A stretch of 64,000 nucleotides of DNA from Candidatus Margulisiibacteriota bacterium (GTDB taxonomy: Bacteria; Margulisbacteria; Marinamargulisbacteria; JBFWNS01). Under the pieces are notes generated by a model. It was not told where the DNA came from and searched no databases. It saw only the letters and a list, made by a program, of their open reading frames with translations. Shown in pieces: positions 38,420 through 48,384 of the stretch. The translations under genes were made by a program, and so were the position numbers. Each line of letters starts with the position of its first letter. Positions within the stretch are counted from its first letter, which is position 1. The DNA is taken from NCBI GenBank assembly GCA_050250935.1, contig JBFWNS010000001.1:160001-224000 (forward strand), given 5' to 3'.

Positions 38420-39625
38420 ATGTCTAACACCCTTTGGTACCCGTATACGGCTATGTTTCCGGCACCGGATTTTCCGGTGGTCAAACGAGCGCAGGGAACT
38501 TCGCTTTTTTTGGAAGATGGGCGGGAGCTGATTGATGGTATTTCGTCGTGGTGGGCCGTCATTCATGGGTATAACCACCCCGTGCTCAATGCGGCGATCT
38601 CGGACCAAGTGTCGAAGATGGCCCATGTCATGTTGGGAGGACTGACCCATCAACCGGCCTTGGATTTGGCACAGCGATTGGTCGATATCACCCCAGTGGG
38701 ACTGAACCATGTGTTCTTTTCAGACAGCGGCTCTGTCGGGGTTGAGGTCGCCCTTAAAATGGCCCTGCAGTTTTGGTTGAATCAAGGCTTGGGTGGCAAA
38801 ACCCAGTTTTTGGCCTTCGACAATGCCTATCATGGCGACACCTTTGGGGCCATGTCGGTTTGTGATCCCATCGACAGCATGCACCACTTGTTTTCGGGAC
38901 AATTGTCCCAACACCGGTTCTGTCCCACCGATGCCGATGCCGTTGAAGCCTTGCTTAAAGACCATCACCAAACCCTTGCCGCAGTCATTATTGAACCCCT
39001 GCTACAAGCAGCCGGTGGCTTTAAACTGCATTCCCCACAGTTTCTTCGAGACCTACGACAGCTCTGTGATCGCTATAACGTGCTGCTGATTTTTGATGAA
39101 GTCGCCACCGGCTTTGGCCGTACCGGGTCTTTGTTTGCTGCCGATCAAGCCGGCATCTGCCCCGATTTAATGGTGCTTGGCAAAGCCCTAACCGGTGGGT
39201 ATATCGGACATGCCGCAACTTTGGCCACCACGTCCATTTTCAACACCTTTCAGGGCGATTCCAACCGAATTTTAATGCACGGCCCCACCTTTGGCGGCAA
39301 TCCCCTGGCTTGTGCGGTGGCCTTGGCCAGTCTGGATGTTTTTTTCAACGATCACTATCTGGATGCCATTCAAGCCCTCCATCGCCAACTACAAGAGGGT
39401 CTAGAGGCCATCCATCATCCTGACATCGTCGACAAACGCTGTATCGGTGCTGTGGGTGTTCTCGAAATGAGCCCAACCTATTCCCTTAAAAAAATTCAAG
39501 ACCACTGCCTTAACAACGGCGTTTGGCTACGTCCTTTTGGGTCCTATCTGTACATCATGCCCGCCTACACCTTGAGGGCCAACGATCTGGCAACCCTCTT
39601 GGGCCAAATCGCAACCGGGCTCTAA
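38420..39625 (+). CDS. bioA: Adenosylmethionine-8-amino-7-oxononanoate aminotransferase
   Basis: LWYPYT, SSWW, YHGDT, FDEVATGFGRTG, GKALTGG, HGPTF. Confidence 0.95.
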   Translation: MSNTLWYPYTAMFPAPDFPVVKRAQGTSLFLEDGRELIDGISSWWAVIHGYNHPVLNAAISDQVSKMAHVMLGGLTHQPALDLAQRLVDITPVGLNHVFFSDSGSVGVEVALKMALQFWLNQGLGGKTQFLAFDNAYHGDTFGAMSVCDPIDSMHHLFSGQLSQHRFCPTDADAVEALLKDHHQTLAAVIIEPLLQAAGGFKLHSPQFLRDLRQLCDRYNVLLIFDEVATGFGRTGSLFAADQAGICPDLMVLGKALTGGYIGHAATLATTSIFNTFQGDSNRILMHGPTFGGNPLACAVALASLDVFFNDHYLDAIQALHRQLQEGLEAIHHPDIVDKRCIGAVGVLEMSPTYSLKKIQDHCLNNGVWLRPFGSYLYIMPAYTLRANDLATLLGQIATGL

Positions 39626-39628
39626 AAC

Positions 39629-39668
39629 AAAAAAGGCCCGGGCACTGCAATTGCAACACCCGGGCCTT
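39629..39668 (-). terminator. Intrinsic terminator of the RRM gene (possibly bidirectional)
   Basis: AAGGCCCGGG...CCCGGGCCTT stem with a T-run on the minus strand. Confidence 0.75.
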
Positions 39669-39687
39669 CCGTTAAAGTTAACCGTTA

Positions 39688-39969
39688 TTAGTTGTTAACG
39701 TATTCCCCGCGACGAGGAGCGTTTTCTTTTGGTTTTGCTTCATTAACGTTCATGCGGCGACCTTTTAAGTCTTTTCCGTTTAGTTCTTGAATGGCTTGTT
39801 GACCTTCGTCGTTAGACGTCATTTCAACGAAACCAAACCCACGAGATTGGCCAGTCATTTTATCAATGATGACCTTTGCAGAACTAACAGAACCGTAAGC
39901 TTCGAAAGCTTCACGAAGTTCTTGTTCAGAAACAGCGTATGCAAGATTACCCACAAAAATATTGATCAT
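39688..39969 (-). CDS. RRM (RNP-1) RNA-binding protein
   Basis: IFVGNL and RGFGFVEM motifs. Confidence 0.95.
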   Translation of the reverse strand: MINIFVGNLAYAVSEQELREAFEAYGSVSSAKVIIDKMTGQSRGFGFVEMTSNDEGQQAIQELNGKDLKGRRMNVNEAKPKENAPRRGEYVNN

Positions 39970-40098
39970 ATCAACACCTCACAAAAAAATAACCAGGGTC
40001 AAACAATGAAAACTCCATAAATTCGAACTGGCGGGCTCATCATACATGAAGTCCAACAAATAGTAAAAGGGCTAAATCGGTGCTATCGTAAGCCGAAC

Positions 40099-41247
40099 AT
40101 GAAACAACTGCTTTTCGATTTCATCCAAAAAATTGGACGCAAACAGGAAGTTGAACTCTTCTTACAGGTTTACAAAACCATTTCCCGCATCCAATTTGGG
40201 GTTATCGATTGCGATGAACAGGTGCTGCACCACCAAACTGAAACCTTGGCCGAGCAGCTGGCTTTAATGGGCAAGCTGGGTATTTTCCCCATCCTCGCCT
40301 TTACACTAGACGATCCCAAGACCTTCGATGCCACCTGCGACGCCTTTATTCAAACGCTTAAAAGCCGGGGGTCCAAGGCCGAACGGGTGAATTTGGTTTT
40401 CGAATATTGTGGGCCTGGCGATATTCGGTTCGATCTAAAACGGCTGGGAAAATTGTTGCAACGGGGGATTTTACCCATCATCAGTCCTACGGGGTTGTAC
40501 CGAAAGGGAAGCAAGACCTTGTCAGGCCACCGCTTATCCCAAGCTCTGGTCAAAACCTTATTGCCCAAAAAATACATTTTGCTGACCCCTTCTGGCGGCA
40601 TTTTGGACGAACAAGACAGCCCCATCCCCTTCCTTAATCTTTCCCAAAATAAAACCTGGGCTTTGGCCAAAGTCGAGATGCAAAAACAGGTTAAAGCCAT
40701 TCGCGATTTTCTGCGACAAGTCGACGATTGTGCCGTCGTTATTACCTCGGCCGAAAACCTGCTTAAAGAGATTTTTACCATTAAAGGAAGCGGAACCTTT
40801 ATTAAGTATCATGAGATTTTAACCACCTATCGCATGAAAAAATTGGATCACGACAAAATCAAAGCCCTGTTGGAAAACGCCTTTGATAAAACCCTGGTCG
40901 ACACTTATTTCGATCAACGGTTTCGTCAGATTTACTACGAAAAAGACTACGAAGGCATCGCCATTTTACAAACCCTAAATGGCATCCCCTATTTGGATAA
41001 ATTTGCAGTAGCCAAGGTTGTAGAAGGCACCGGGCTTGGCAAAAGTCTCTGGCAAAAAATGATCAAAAGCTGCCCCAAACTCATCTGGCGGGCCACCCGT
41101 GTGAATCCCATGAACAGCTTCTATATGCGGGAATGCGATGGGTTCATGAAATATGAAGATTGGTATGTGTTCTGGCGAGGCCTTGGCGAGAAAGAAATTT
41201 TCCCCTGTCTCCATCGCATGCTCAAAAAACCCAGAACTCTGGTATAA
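40099..41247 (+). CDS. N-acetylglutamate synthase-like protein (degenerate AAK domain plus DUF619/NAT domain)
   Basis: KEIFTIKGSGT linker, YLDKFAV, GTGLG, WRA..NP.NSFY. Confidence 0.8.
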   Translation: MKQLLFDFIQKIGRKQEVELFLQVYKTISRIQFGVIDCDEQVLHHQTETLAEQLALMGKLGIFPILAFTLDDPKTFDATCDAFIQTLKSRGSKAERVNLVFEYCGPGDIRFDLKRLGKLLQRGILPIISPTGLYRKGSKTLSGHRLSQALVKTLLPKKYILLTPSGGILDEQDSPIPFLNLSQNKTWALAKVEMQKQVKAIRDFLRQVDDCAVVITSAENLLKEIFTIKGSGTFIKYHEILTTYRMKKLDHDKIKALLENAFDKTLVDTYFDQRFRQIYYEKDYEGIAILQTLNGIPYLDKFAVAKVVEGTGLGKSLWQKMIKSCPKLIWRATRVNPMNSFYMRECDGFMKYEDWYVFWRGLGEKEIFPCLHRMLKKPRTLV

Positions 41248-41256
41248 TGGTCGGCC

Positions 41257-42426
41257 ATGAGCCGTTCACGCATTAGTCAATTTGCCCAGCCCATCCGAAA
41301 CTTGATCCGCCACGAGCAGTTTAGTAGCTTTTTGTTGTTGGGTGTTACCGTAGCCGCTTTAGTGCTTGCAAATTCCAAGTGGAACTCGGTCTATTCGGCT
41401 TTTTTACACCATGACTTTGGGGTTGGTCCTTTGTCCCTTTCGGTTCATGCGTGGATCAACGACGGGCTGATGGCCTTGTTCTTTTTGTTGGTCGGCATCG
41501 AAATTAAACGGGAAATTGTTTTTGGTGAACTGACCAGCTTCAAAAAAGCCTCCCTGCCCTTTTGGGGAGCGGTTGGCGGCATGGTGGTGCCTGCAGCCGT
41601 GTTTATGCTCTTTAACCACGGTCTCCCCACAGCAGACGGCTGGGCCATTCCCATGGCCACCGATATTGCCTTTGCTTTGGCCATTTTTTTATTTTTGGGA
41701 AACCGTGTCCCAAAAGCTTTGAAAGTTTTTTTATTGGCCTTGGCCATCATCGACGATCTGGGTGCCATTACCGTGATTGCGGTGTTTTATACCCATTCTC
41801 TGGCCTGGTTGGCCCTGGGGGCAGCAGGACTGATCTGCCTTGCGCTGTTTGGTCTTCACCACCGCCGGGTTCAGAACCCCATCCCCTATCTGCTTTTGGG
41901 CACTGTGCTTTGGTTTTGTGTGCTTCAATCTGGCATTCATGCCACCATTGCCGGGGTTTTGCTGGGCTTTTTAATGCCCCTCGAAGCTGCGCATAAAACC
42001 GAGCGATGGCTCCATGTTCCCATCATTTATGGGGTTATGCCCTTGTTTTCCTTGGCCAATACCGGCATTGCTTTAAGCCCCTCGCTGTTACACAGCCTCC
42101 AAGAACCCTTGAGCCTTGGCATTTTGTTTGGGCTTATTTTGGGAAAACCCTTGGGAATTCTGTTGTTTATTGGCCTCGCACTCAAACTCAATTGGACTCA
42201 ACTGCCAACCGCCATTCGGTTCAACCATCTGATTATTGCTGCGCTTCTGGGTGGCATCGGCTTTACCATGTCGATTTTTATCACCACCTTGGCCTTCGAC
42301 AACCCCGCCCTACAAGACCAAGCCAAGTTGGCCATTGTCCTTGCTTCGACAGGATCTGCTCTCTTTGGCTATTTATACGGGAGTCTTTTGAAAGACAAGC
42401 CTAATAATCCGCCACCTGCGGTCTAA
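41257..42426 (+). CDS. nhaA: Na+/H+ antiporter NhaA
   Basis: WINDGLMALFF, PMATDIAFA, LAIIDDLGAI, GFTMSIFI. Confidence 0.96.
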   Translation: MSRSRISQFAQPIRNLIRHEQFSSFLLLGVTVAALVLANSKWNSVYSAFLHHDFGVGPLSLSVHAWINDGLMALFFLLVGIEIKREIVFGELTSFKKASLPFWGAVGGMVVPAAVFMLFNHGLPTADGWAIPMATDIAFALAIFLFLGNRVPKALKVFLLALAIIDDLGAITVIAVFYTHSLAWLALGAAGLICLALFGLHHRRVQNPIPYLLLGTVLWFCVLQSGIHATIAGVLLGFLMPLEAAHKTERWLHVPIIYGVMPLFSLANTGIALSPSLLHSLQEPLSLGILFGLILGKPLGILLFIGLALKLNWTQLPTAIRFNHLIIAALLGGIGFTMSIFITTLAFDNPALQDQAKLAIVLASTGSALFGYLYGSLLKDKPNNPPPAV

Positions 42427-42429
42427 AAG

Positions 42430-42474
42430 CGAAGGGCCTCTGAAAGTATGGAGCACACTTCAGAGACCCCTTCG
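42430..42474. terminator. Hairpin between convergent nhaA and the DHS-like gene
   Basis: CGAAGGG..TCTGAA / TTCAGA..CCCTTCG imperfect stem. Confidence 0.55.
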
Positions 42475-42490
42475 GGATCAGACCAGGGAC

Positions 42491-43540
42491 CTAGGCTTTT
42501 TGGGTTACGAAAAGGCTGTTTAATCGTTTTTCGGTGCGGGCTGTCCAGTTCTTTTTGTGATAGGCATACCCAGCGATTAAGGGGAAGGCCACGGTGGCTT
42601 CGCTGAACACCATTTGTTCAAACACCGTATCCACTTTACCCCAAGAGCAGGCTTCTTTGAGGGTTGACCCAGATAAAGCGCCATCCCGTTCGTCAGCAAC
42701 GGTAATTTGAACGGCATATTTGTGCATGGGTACGTCGTGACCAATAATTTCGGCAGCCACCACGATGTCTTGGACAAAGTTTTTGGGAACACCGCCCCCA
42801 ATCATGATGATGCCAGACTCTTGTTTTTCGGTTTTAATTTTGGTGATTTCCAAAAAGTCGGCAGCCGAATCGATCGTCAATTTGGGGCCGGCGGTGTGGT
42901 ATTGGTGGTGGACTAACCCAAACCCAGCCGAACAATCCGAAAAGGCAGGCACAAAAATCGGAATGTCTTTTTTGTAACAGGTATGCACAATAGACTCGCT
43001 ACGGAACGGTGCATACTGGTCGTTCTGATCCAAAAATTTGCCCATTTCCCAGACAAATTCGCGAGACGAGTAGGGGCGTCTTTCTAGCGAATTACAAATG
43101 GTTGCGATGGTGTCGTCGCAAATCCGCAGATCTTCTTCATCAATAAAGGTATCGTAGATGCGGTCGATCATCAGTGAACGCAATTCTTGGTCATCCACAA
43201 AGGGGGTTCCTTTGTAGTGTGAGAAACCCAAGGCTTCGAAAAAGTCTTGGTCCACAATGTTGGCACCGGTCGACACAATGGCATCGACCATGTTGTTTTG
43301 AACCAAAGTCAAAATGGTTTTTTTAAGACCTGCGCTAATCAAAGATCCAGCCAAGGTCAAAAAGACCACGCAGTCTTTGTCCTGCTGCATTTTGTCAAAA
43401 ATGGTGGCGGCTCGGCTTAGGTTGCGGGCTTGAAAAGCCATTTCACCCATGGCATCTACCAAAGGCACCACATTGTGCTGGGTAATGTCCACGTGTTGCA
43501 CTTTTTCTTTTAAATAATCTTGTTTGGTTAATTTGCTCAT
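42491..43540 (-). CDS. Deoxyhypusine synthase-like protein (SpeY/homospermidine pathway type)
   Basis: TGANIVDQD, IDRIYD, GGGVPKN, DGALSGSTLKEACSWGK. Confidence 0.9.
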   Translation of the reverse strand: MSKLTKQDYLKEKVQHVDITQHNVVPLVDAMGEMAFQARNLSRAATIFDKMQQDKDCVVFLTLAGSLISAGLKKTILTLVQNNMVDAIVSTGANIVDQDFFEALGFSHYKGTPFVDDQELRSLMIDRIYDTFIDEEDLRICDDTIATICNSLERRPYSSREFVWEMGKFLDQNDQYAPFRSESIVHTCYKKDIPIFVPAFSDCSAGFGLVHHQYHTAGPKLTIDSAADFLEITKIKTEKQESGIIMIGGGVPKNFVQDIVVAAEIIGHDVPMHKYAVQITVADERDGALSGSTLKEACSWGKVDTVFEQMVFSEATVAFPLIAGYAYHKKNWTARTEKRLNSLFVTQKA

Positions 43541-43593
43541 AGAACTCTCCTTAAAAAACACAAAAAAATAAAGGGTTTTGTATCATATCAACT

Positions 43594-43977
43594 CTAAACG
43601 CGGGCAATCAACTCAATTTTATAACCGTCTGGATCTTCGACGAAGGCAATTTCGGTGGTACCGTGCTTCATGGGGCCAGGTTCACGGGTAATTTTGCCAC
43701 CTTTGGCCCGAATCAAATCGCAGGTTTTATAGATGTCGGGAACCCCAACGGCCAAGTGGCCAAAGGCTGTTCCCAAGTCGTAAGTCGACACACCCCAATT
43801 GTAGGTAAGCTCCAAAACGGTGCTGGATGCCTCGTCTTCATAGCCCAAAAACGCCAGGGTAAACTTTCCTTCGGGATAGTCTTTTTGACGCAAGAGCCTC
43901 ATGCCCATGATTTCGGTGTAAAACGCAATGCTTCTTGGCAAATCTCCCACCCGTAACATCGTGTGTAAAAATCGCAT
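43594..43977 (-). CDS. gloA: Lactoylglutathione lyase (glyoxalase I)
   Basis: [28 protein letters not shown]. Confidence 0.97.
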   Translation of the reverse strand: MRFLHTMLRVGDLPRSIAFYTEIMGMRLLRQKDYPEGKFTLAFLGYEDEASSTVLELTYNWGVSTYDLGTAFGHLAVGVPDIYKTCDLIRAKGGKITREPGPMKHGTTEIAFVEDPDGYKIELIARV

Positions 43978-44144
43978 CTCCTGGTCTCCTTCTATTAAAG
44001 ATGTTGCTTTGATGAGAGCAAAAATGGTAAAAGTAGGACACTTTGTCGCCTCATCTGGCTGGATTCAACACCAACCACTGTACCATCATAGGGTACCTTT
44101 CAGGCCATCACAAACACCCATTTATTTTTTAGGAGCCTTGTTTT

Positions 44145-45953
44145 ATGTCCCATCAAGAGAAGATTCGTAACGTTGCCATTATCGCCCACGTTGACCATGG
44201 CAAAACCACATTGGTAGACCAACTTTTCCGCCAAAGCGGCACCTTCCGAGACAACCAAGTGGTCGAAGAACGTCTGATGGACTCCATGGATCTGGAACGT
44301 GAACGTGGCATTACCATTTTGTCCAAAAACTGCGCGGTCAGCTACAAAGACCATCGCATCAACATCATCGACACCCCAGGTCACGCGGATTTTGGCGGTC
44401 AGGTCGAACGGGTATTAAAGATGGCCGATGGTGCCTTGTTGTTGGTGGATGCAGCCGAAGGGCCCATGCCTCAAACCTATTTCGTTTTGAAAAAAGCCCT
44501 TGCCCTGCATTTGCCCGTCATCGTGGTGATTAACAAAATCGATAAACCTGCCGCCAGACCCGACTGGGTGATCGACCAAGTTTTTGATCTCTTTGTTCGA
44601 CTGAACGCCCCAGACGATATTTTGGATTTCCCCATTCTTTATGCGTCCGCCAAAGAAGGATTTGCCAAACTGGAACTGGAAGACGAAAACGTCAACATGG
44701 CCCCCTTGTTCGATCTGGTCATCGAAAAGTTGCCTTGTCCCAAAGGCGATGCAGCAGGACCCGTTCAATTGTTGGTCAGCTCTATCGACTATTCGACCTT
44801 CTTGGGCCGGTTGGGTCTTGGTAAAGTCACTTCCGGTCAGTTAAAAGTCAATCAAGACATTGTGGTGTCCAAAGGCGATGGCGCTTTAAAATCAGCCCGT
44901 ATCACCAAAATTTATCAGTTTTCTGGCAACGACAAAATCGAAGCGCCCTCTGCTGCTGTTGGCGATATTATCGCAGTGGCGGGTATCGAAGACATCATGG
45001 TTGGCGAAACCATTACGGACCCAACCAATCCGATTCCGCTTCCCACCCTCGAAATTGACCCCCCAACCATTTCCATGAACTTCATTCCCAACGATTCTCC
45101 GTTTTCGGGAAAAGAGGGCAAATTTGTTACCTCTCGCCACATTCGGGATCGTTTGGAAAAAGAAATTTTGTCGGATGTGGCCTTGCAAGTGGAAGAACTT
45201 TCGGATGCACCAGGCTATAAAGTTTCTGGACGTGGGGAATTGCATTTGTCGATTTTGATCGAAAAAATGCGCCGCGAAGGCTACGAATTTCAAGTCACAC
45301 GTCCCCGCGTTATTTTCAAAGAAGAAGGCGGCAAACGGCTGGAACCCTACGAAGAATTAACCATCGATGTGGAAGAAGCCTATTCGGGCAAGGTTATTGA
45401 AAACCTGGGCACCCGAAAAGGGATTTTAATGGAAATGCACCAAGACAACGGCATGACCCGTCTTAAATACAAAATCCCCACCCGCGGCCTTTTGGGTTTC
45501 AAATCCGAGTTTATGACCCTGACCAAAGGCATGGGCACCATGAACTATGTGTTTTTCGAATACGATGCTTATGCTGGCGAAATTAAGAACCGCAAAAATG
45601 GGGTTCTGATTTCCAAAGAAACCGACACCACCGTGGCCTATGCCCTCTTTAATATTCAAGAGCGTGGTAGACTATTCTTACCGGCTGGTGTTTCGGTATA
45701 CGAAGGTCAGATCATTGGCGAAAATGCCCGAGACGACGATATGGTGGTCAATCCAGCCAAAGGCAAAAAACTGACCAACATGCGGGCCTCCGGATCGGAT
45801 GATGCCGTTATTTTAACCCCACCCACCCTCATGAGTTTGGAACAATGTATTTCGTACATCAATGACGACGAGTTGGTTGAAGTCACACCACAATCCATTA
45901 GGCTTCGGAAGGTTTATCTGAATGAAAACGACCGAAAACGGGCCCGAAACTAG
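44145..45953 (+). CDS. typA: Translational GTPase TypA/BipA
   Basis: [36 protein letters not shown]. Confidence 0.98.
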   Translation: MSHQEKIRNVAIIAHVDHGKTTLVDQLFRQSGTFRDNQVVEERLMDSMDLERERGITILSKNCAVSYKDHRINIIDTPGHADFGGQVERVLKMADGALLLVDAAEGPMPQTYFVLKKALALHLPVIVVINKIDKPAARPDWVIDQVFDLFVRLNAPDDILDFPILYASAKEGFAKLELEDENVNMAPLFDLVIEKLPCPKGDAAGPVQLLVSSIDYSTFLGRLGLGKVTSGQLKVNQDIVVSKGDGALKSARITKIYQFSGNDKIEAPSAAVGDIIAVAGIEDIMVGETITDPTNPIPLPTLEIDPPTISMNFIPNDSPFSGKEGKFVTSRHIRDRLEKEILSDVALQVEELSDAPGYKVSGRGELHLSILIEKMRREGYEFQVTRPRVIFKEEGGKRLEPYEELTIDVEEAYSGKVIENLGTRKGILMEMHQDNGMTRLKYKIPTRGLLGFKSEFMTLTKGMGTMNYVFFEYDAYAGEIKNRKNGVLISKETDTTVAYALFNIQERGRLFLPAGVSVYEGQIIGENARDDDMVVNPAKGKKLTNMRASGSDDAVILTPPTLMSLEQCISYINDDELVEVTPQSIRLRKVYLNENDRKRARN

Positions 45954-46920
45954 CCCCATCCTCCTGATTGAAGACAGTCCCTTTCTAGAGCCCATTCTCG
46001 CGGCTCATTTTCCCATTGCGCTGTATTCGACGGTGGATGCAGCCTTGGGGGCCTACCAAAACACGCCCTTGGATTTCACCCTGATTTTGATCAGTGGCAC
46101 ACCCCAAGGGCAATCGCCCCAGGCCCTGGTTTCGGCCTTTCGGGACATCAGCCCTGCCACAGAAGTGGTGGTCTTTTGCAAAGACAAACGCCTGGATCTG
46201 GCCGTCGAGGTCATGAAGGCTGGGGCCTACGATTTTATTTATCCCCCCTTTACCCCCAGCAGCTTGGTGGCCAAAATGGCCATTTTGTTGCGATCGGCCC
46301 ATTCGCTTAAAAACATCATTTCATCGTCTCAAAAAACAACGCCGAAACCCGATGCCCCCACTCACCGTCCCCACGTGTTGTTGGTGGAAGACGAGCATCA
46401 CTATCGCATTCTCACCACCGATTTGCTTAGCGACCACTACCGCATCACCAGCGCCGGAACGGCTGCCGAAGCCGTGGCCCTATACAAGGCCGACCCCAGC
46501 ATCGATTTGGTACTCTTGGACATTGGCCTTCCCGACATGAATGGGGACAAGGTTTTGGAACATCTCCAGGCCATTCGTCCCTGTTTGTTTTTAATTCTAA
46601 CGGCTTTTCGCGATATCGATTTGGCGGTAAAAACCCTGCGAGATGGGGCCATCGATTTTATTAACAAGCCCTTTTCAGAACCTCTGTTACTTCGCACTCT
46701 TCAGCGCATTTTTCAGTCCACGGGTCCTCAGACCGAAATGCCCCAGTCCGCAGGGCTCTTGGCCTTGGAAAAACGCTATCAAGAGACTCACCAGCTGACT
46801 GTCGAAGATATCCTGGTCCACTTTCCAGAACTGGATTCGCCGACCTTACGCAGCTATACCGTCATTCCCGATGCTTGGTTGGCCTGGGGCATCAAGCCGT
46901 TTTTGGATCGGTTGAGCTAG
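45922..46920 (+). CDS. Response regulator with two receiver domains
   Basis: REC1 (LLIEDS...GAYDFI) and REC2 (LLVEDE, LLDIGLPDMNG, KPF). Confidence 0.85.
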   Translation: MKTTENGPETSPILLIEDSPFLEPILAAHFPIALYSTVDAALGAYQNTPLDFTLILISGTPQGQSPQALVSAFRDISPATEVVVFCKDKRLDLAVEVMKAGAYDFIYPPFTPSSLVAKMAILLRSAHSLKNIISSSQKTTPKPDAPTHRPHVLLVEDEHHYRILTTDLLSDHYRITSAGTAAEAVALYKADPSIDLVLLDIGLPDMNGDKVLEHLQAIRPCLFLILTAFRDIDLAVKTLRDGAIDFINKPFSEPLLLRTLQRIFQSTGPQTEMPQSAGLLALEKRYQETHQLTVEDILVHFPELDSPTLRSYTVIPDAWLAWGIKPFLDRLS

Positions 46921-48151
46921 GGATAAAAATCCGAAATGTTGTTCCCGCATTTGGGGTAGATTCCACTTCGATTTTACCGTGGTGATCGTGAATAATGTTC
47001 AAGACCATGGCCAGCCCTAGGCCATTGTTGTCGGATTTGGTGGTGAAAAAGGGGTCGAAAATTTTGGCCAAATGCACCGCATCGATGCCGCAACCGGTGT
47101 CGGCAATTCGAATTTCAATCCCCGTTTTGGGTTGTCCTTTTCGGTCTACAAAATCAGTCATCGTCGTTTGCACTTTCACCATTCCCCCTTCTGGCGTGGC
47201 TTCAATGGCATTGAGCACCACATTCACCAAAGCCTGATGCAAGCGATTCGGATCTCCCACGAACTCGGGTAGATTCTCGGTCTGCTTTTCAAGGGTAATC
47301 TGCTGTTTTCGACATTCCCCTTCTGCCATCAAACAAATGTCGTCGACCAACTGGTTAATCGAAAAAACTTCCCGGTCTTTAACCACGGCTCCCCCATATT
47401 TGAGCATGGTGTCCGTAATCTCGATCAGGCGAAAAACACTGTTTTTAACCATAGTGGCATATTCCAAAACCTTGGGTTTATCGTCGATGCGTTTGATCAA
47501 CAACTCCATCCCACTCAACACCATGCCCATGGGATTGTTAATTTCGTGGGCGATGCTGCGGGTTAGCCTGGCATAGGCCGAATGTTGGGCCACTTGTTCG
47601 GCAAATCGAATGTTTTTAAGCTGACCCAAGGTTCTTTCTATTAGGCCTGAAGCCGTTTGAATAAATAACTTATCTTTTTTTGAAAAGGGCAACCCACCGT
47701 CTTTGGGCCCCAAAAAAACCATCGCTTCTGCAGTCCGGTTTTGCATAATAAAGAAAATCGCCCCTTGGGTTGGATTGGGCTTAAACGACCGACGTTTCGG
47801 CGGTCTGGAATGCGACAATGGCATAGCATCCAACAGCAGCACTTGTGTGAATGAAACCTGCAAAACCTCGGCCATATGCTGGCAAGCCACCTCCAACAAG
47901 GCCTGCTTGTGATGCACCGAAAACAAGACTTGCTGGAGCCCCGAAATCGCCAGATCAAAATCGTACCAATCCGGCACGATGGCCCTTTCCAACCGTTTGC
48001 GAAGCCGCCGCTCCCAACGACCACCCCACACCATGGCCACCAACAAGACACCGGCCAGAGTTGCCTCAAAAGACACCAGCTGTCGCAGCCCAGCCCCCAA
48101 CCCAAAAAAGAATCCAATCATCACAATCAAGGACGCCAACCGAATGGCCAT
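46892..48151 (-). CDS. Sensor histidine kinase (NtrB-like)
   Basis: H-box AHEINNP, N-box NAIEA, DTGCG, FFTTK, GLGL. Start placed at MAIRL, outside the tRNA. Confidence 0.92.
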   Translation of the reverse strand: MAIRLASLIVMIGFFFGLGAGLRQLVSFEATLAGVLLVAMVWGGRWERRLRKRLERAIVPDWYDFDLAISGLQQVLFSVHHKQALLEVACQHMAEVLQVSFTQVLLLDAMPLSHSRPPKRRSFKPNPTQGAIFFIMQNRTAEAMVFLGPKDGGLPFSKKDKLFIQTASGLIERTLGQLKNIRFAEQVAQHSAYARLTRSIAHEINNPMGMVLSGMELLIKRIDDKPKVLEYATMVKNSVFRLIEITDTMLKYGGAVVKDREVFSINQLVDDICLMAEGECRKQQITLEKQTENLPEFVGDPNRLHQALVNVVLNAIEATPEGGMVKVQTTMTDFVDRKGQPKTGIEIRIADTGCGIDAVHLAKIFDPFFTTKSDNNGLGLAMVLNIIHDHHGKIEVESTPNAGTTFRIFIPSSTDPKTA

Positions 48152-48184
48152 CGCCCTTAAAACGCCCCAGGCAAGAAGTTGGCT

Positions 48185-48212
48185 TTGATTTTTCAAGAAA
48201 GTTCGGTAGAAT
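48185..48212 (+). promoter_or_regulatory. Putative tRNA-His promoter
   Basis: TTGATT-N16-TAGAAT with GC-rich discriminator. Confidence 0.55.
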
Positions 48213-48224
48213 GAGCGCCGGCTT

Positions 48225-48301
48225 GGTGGACGTAGCTCAGTTGGTAGAGCAGCGGATTGTGGTTCCGCTGGTCGTGGGTTCGAGTCCCATCGTTCACCCC
48301 A
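48225..48301 (+). tRNA. tRNA-His(GTG)
   Basis: Cloverleaf, anticodon loop TTGTGGT, G-1 and C discriminator, CCA end. Confidence 0.95.
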
Positions 48302-48384
48302 TTTTGTGCCTTGCATCTTGGTTGTATCCTACTACCCTTGCCAAGGCCCTTGCAAATTCAAGCAACCTTCTTTATAACACCTCC

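Noticed and set aside
47851..48384. Long N-terminal extensions of rmuC (from 47851) and of the kinase (from 48316)
   Set aside because: Both run through tRNA-His. Better starts are at 48385 and 48151.
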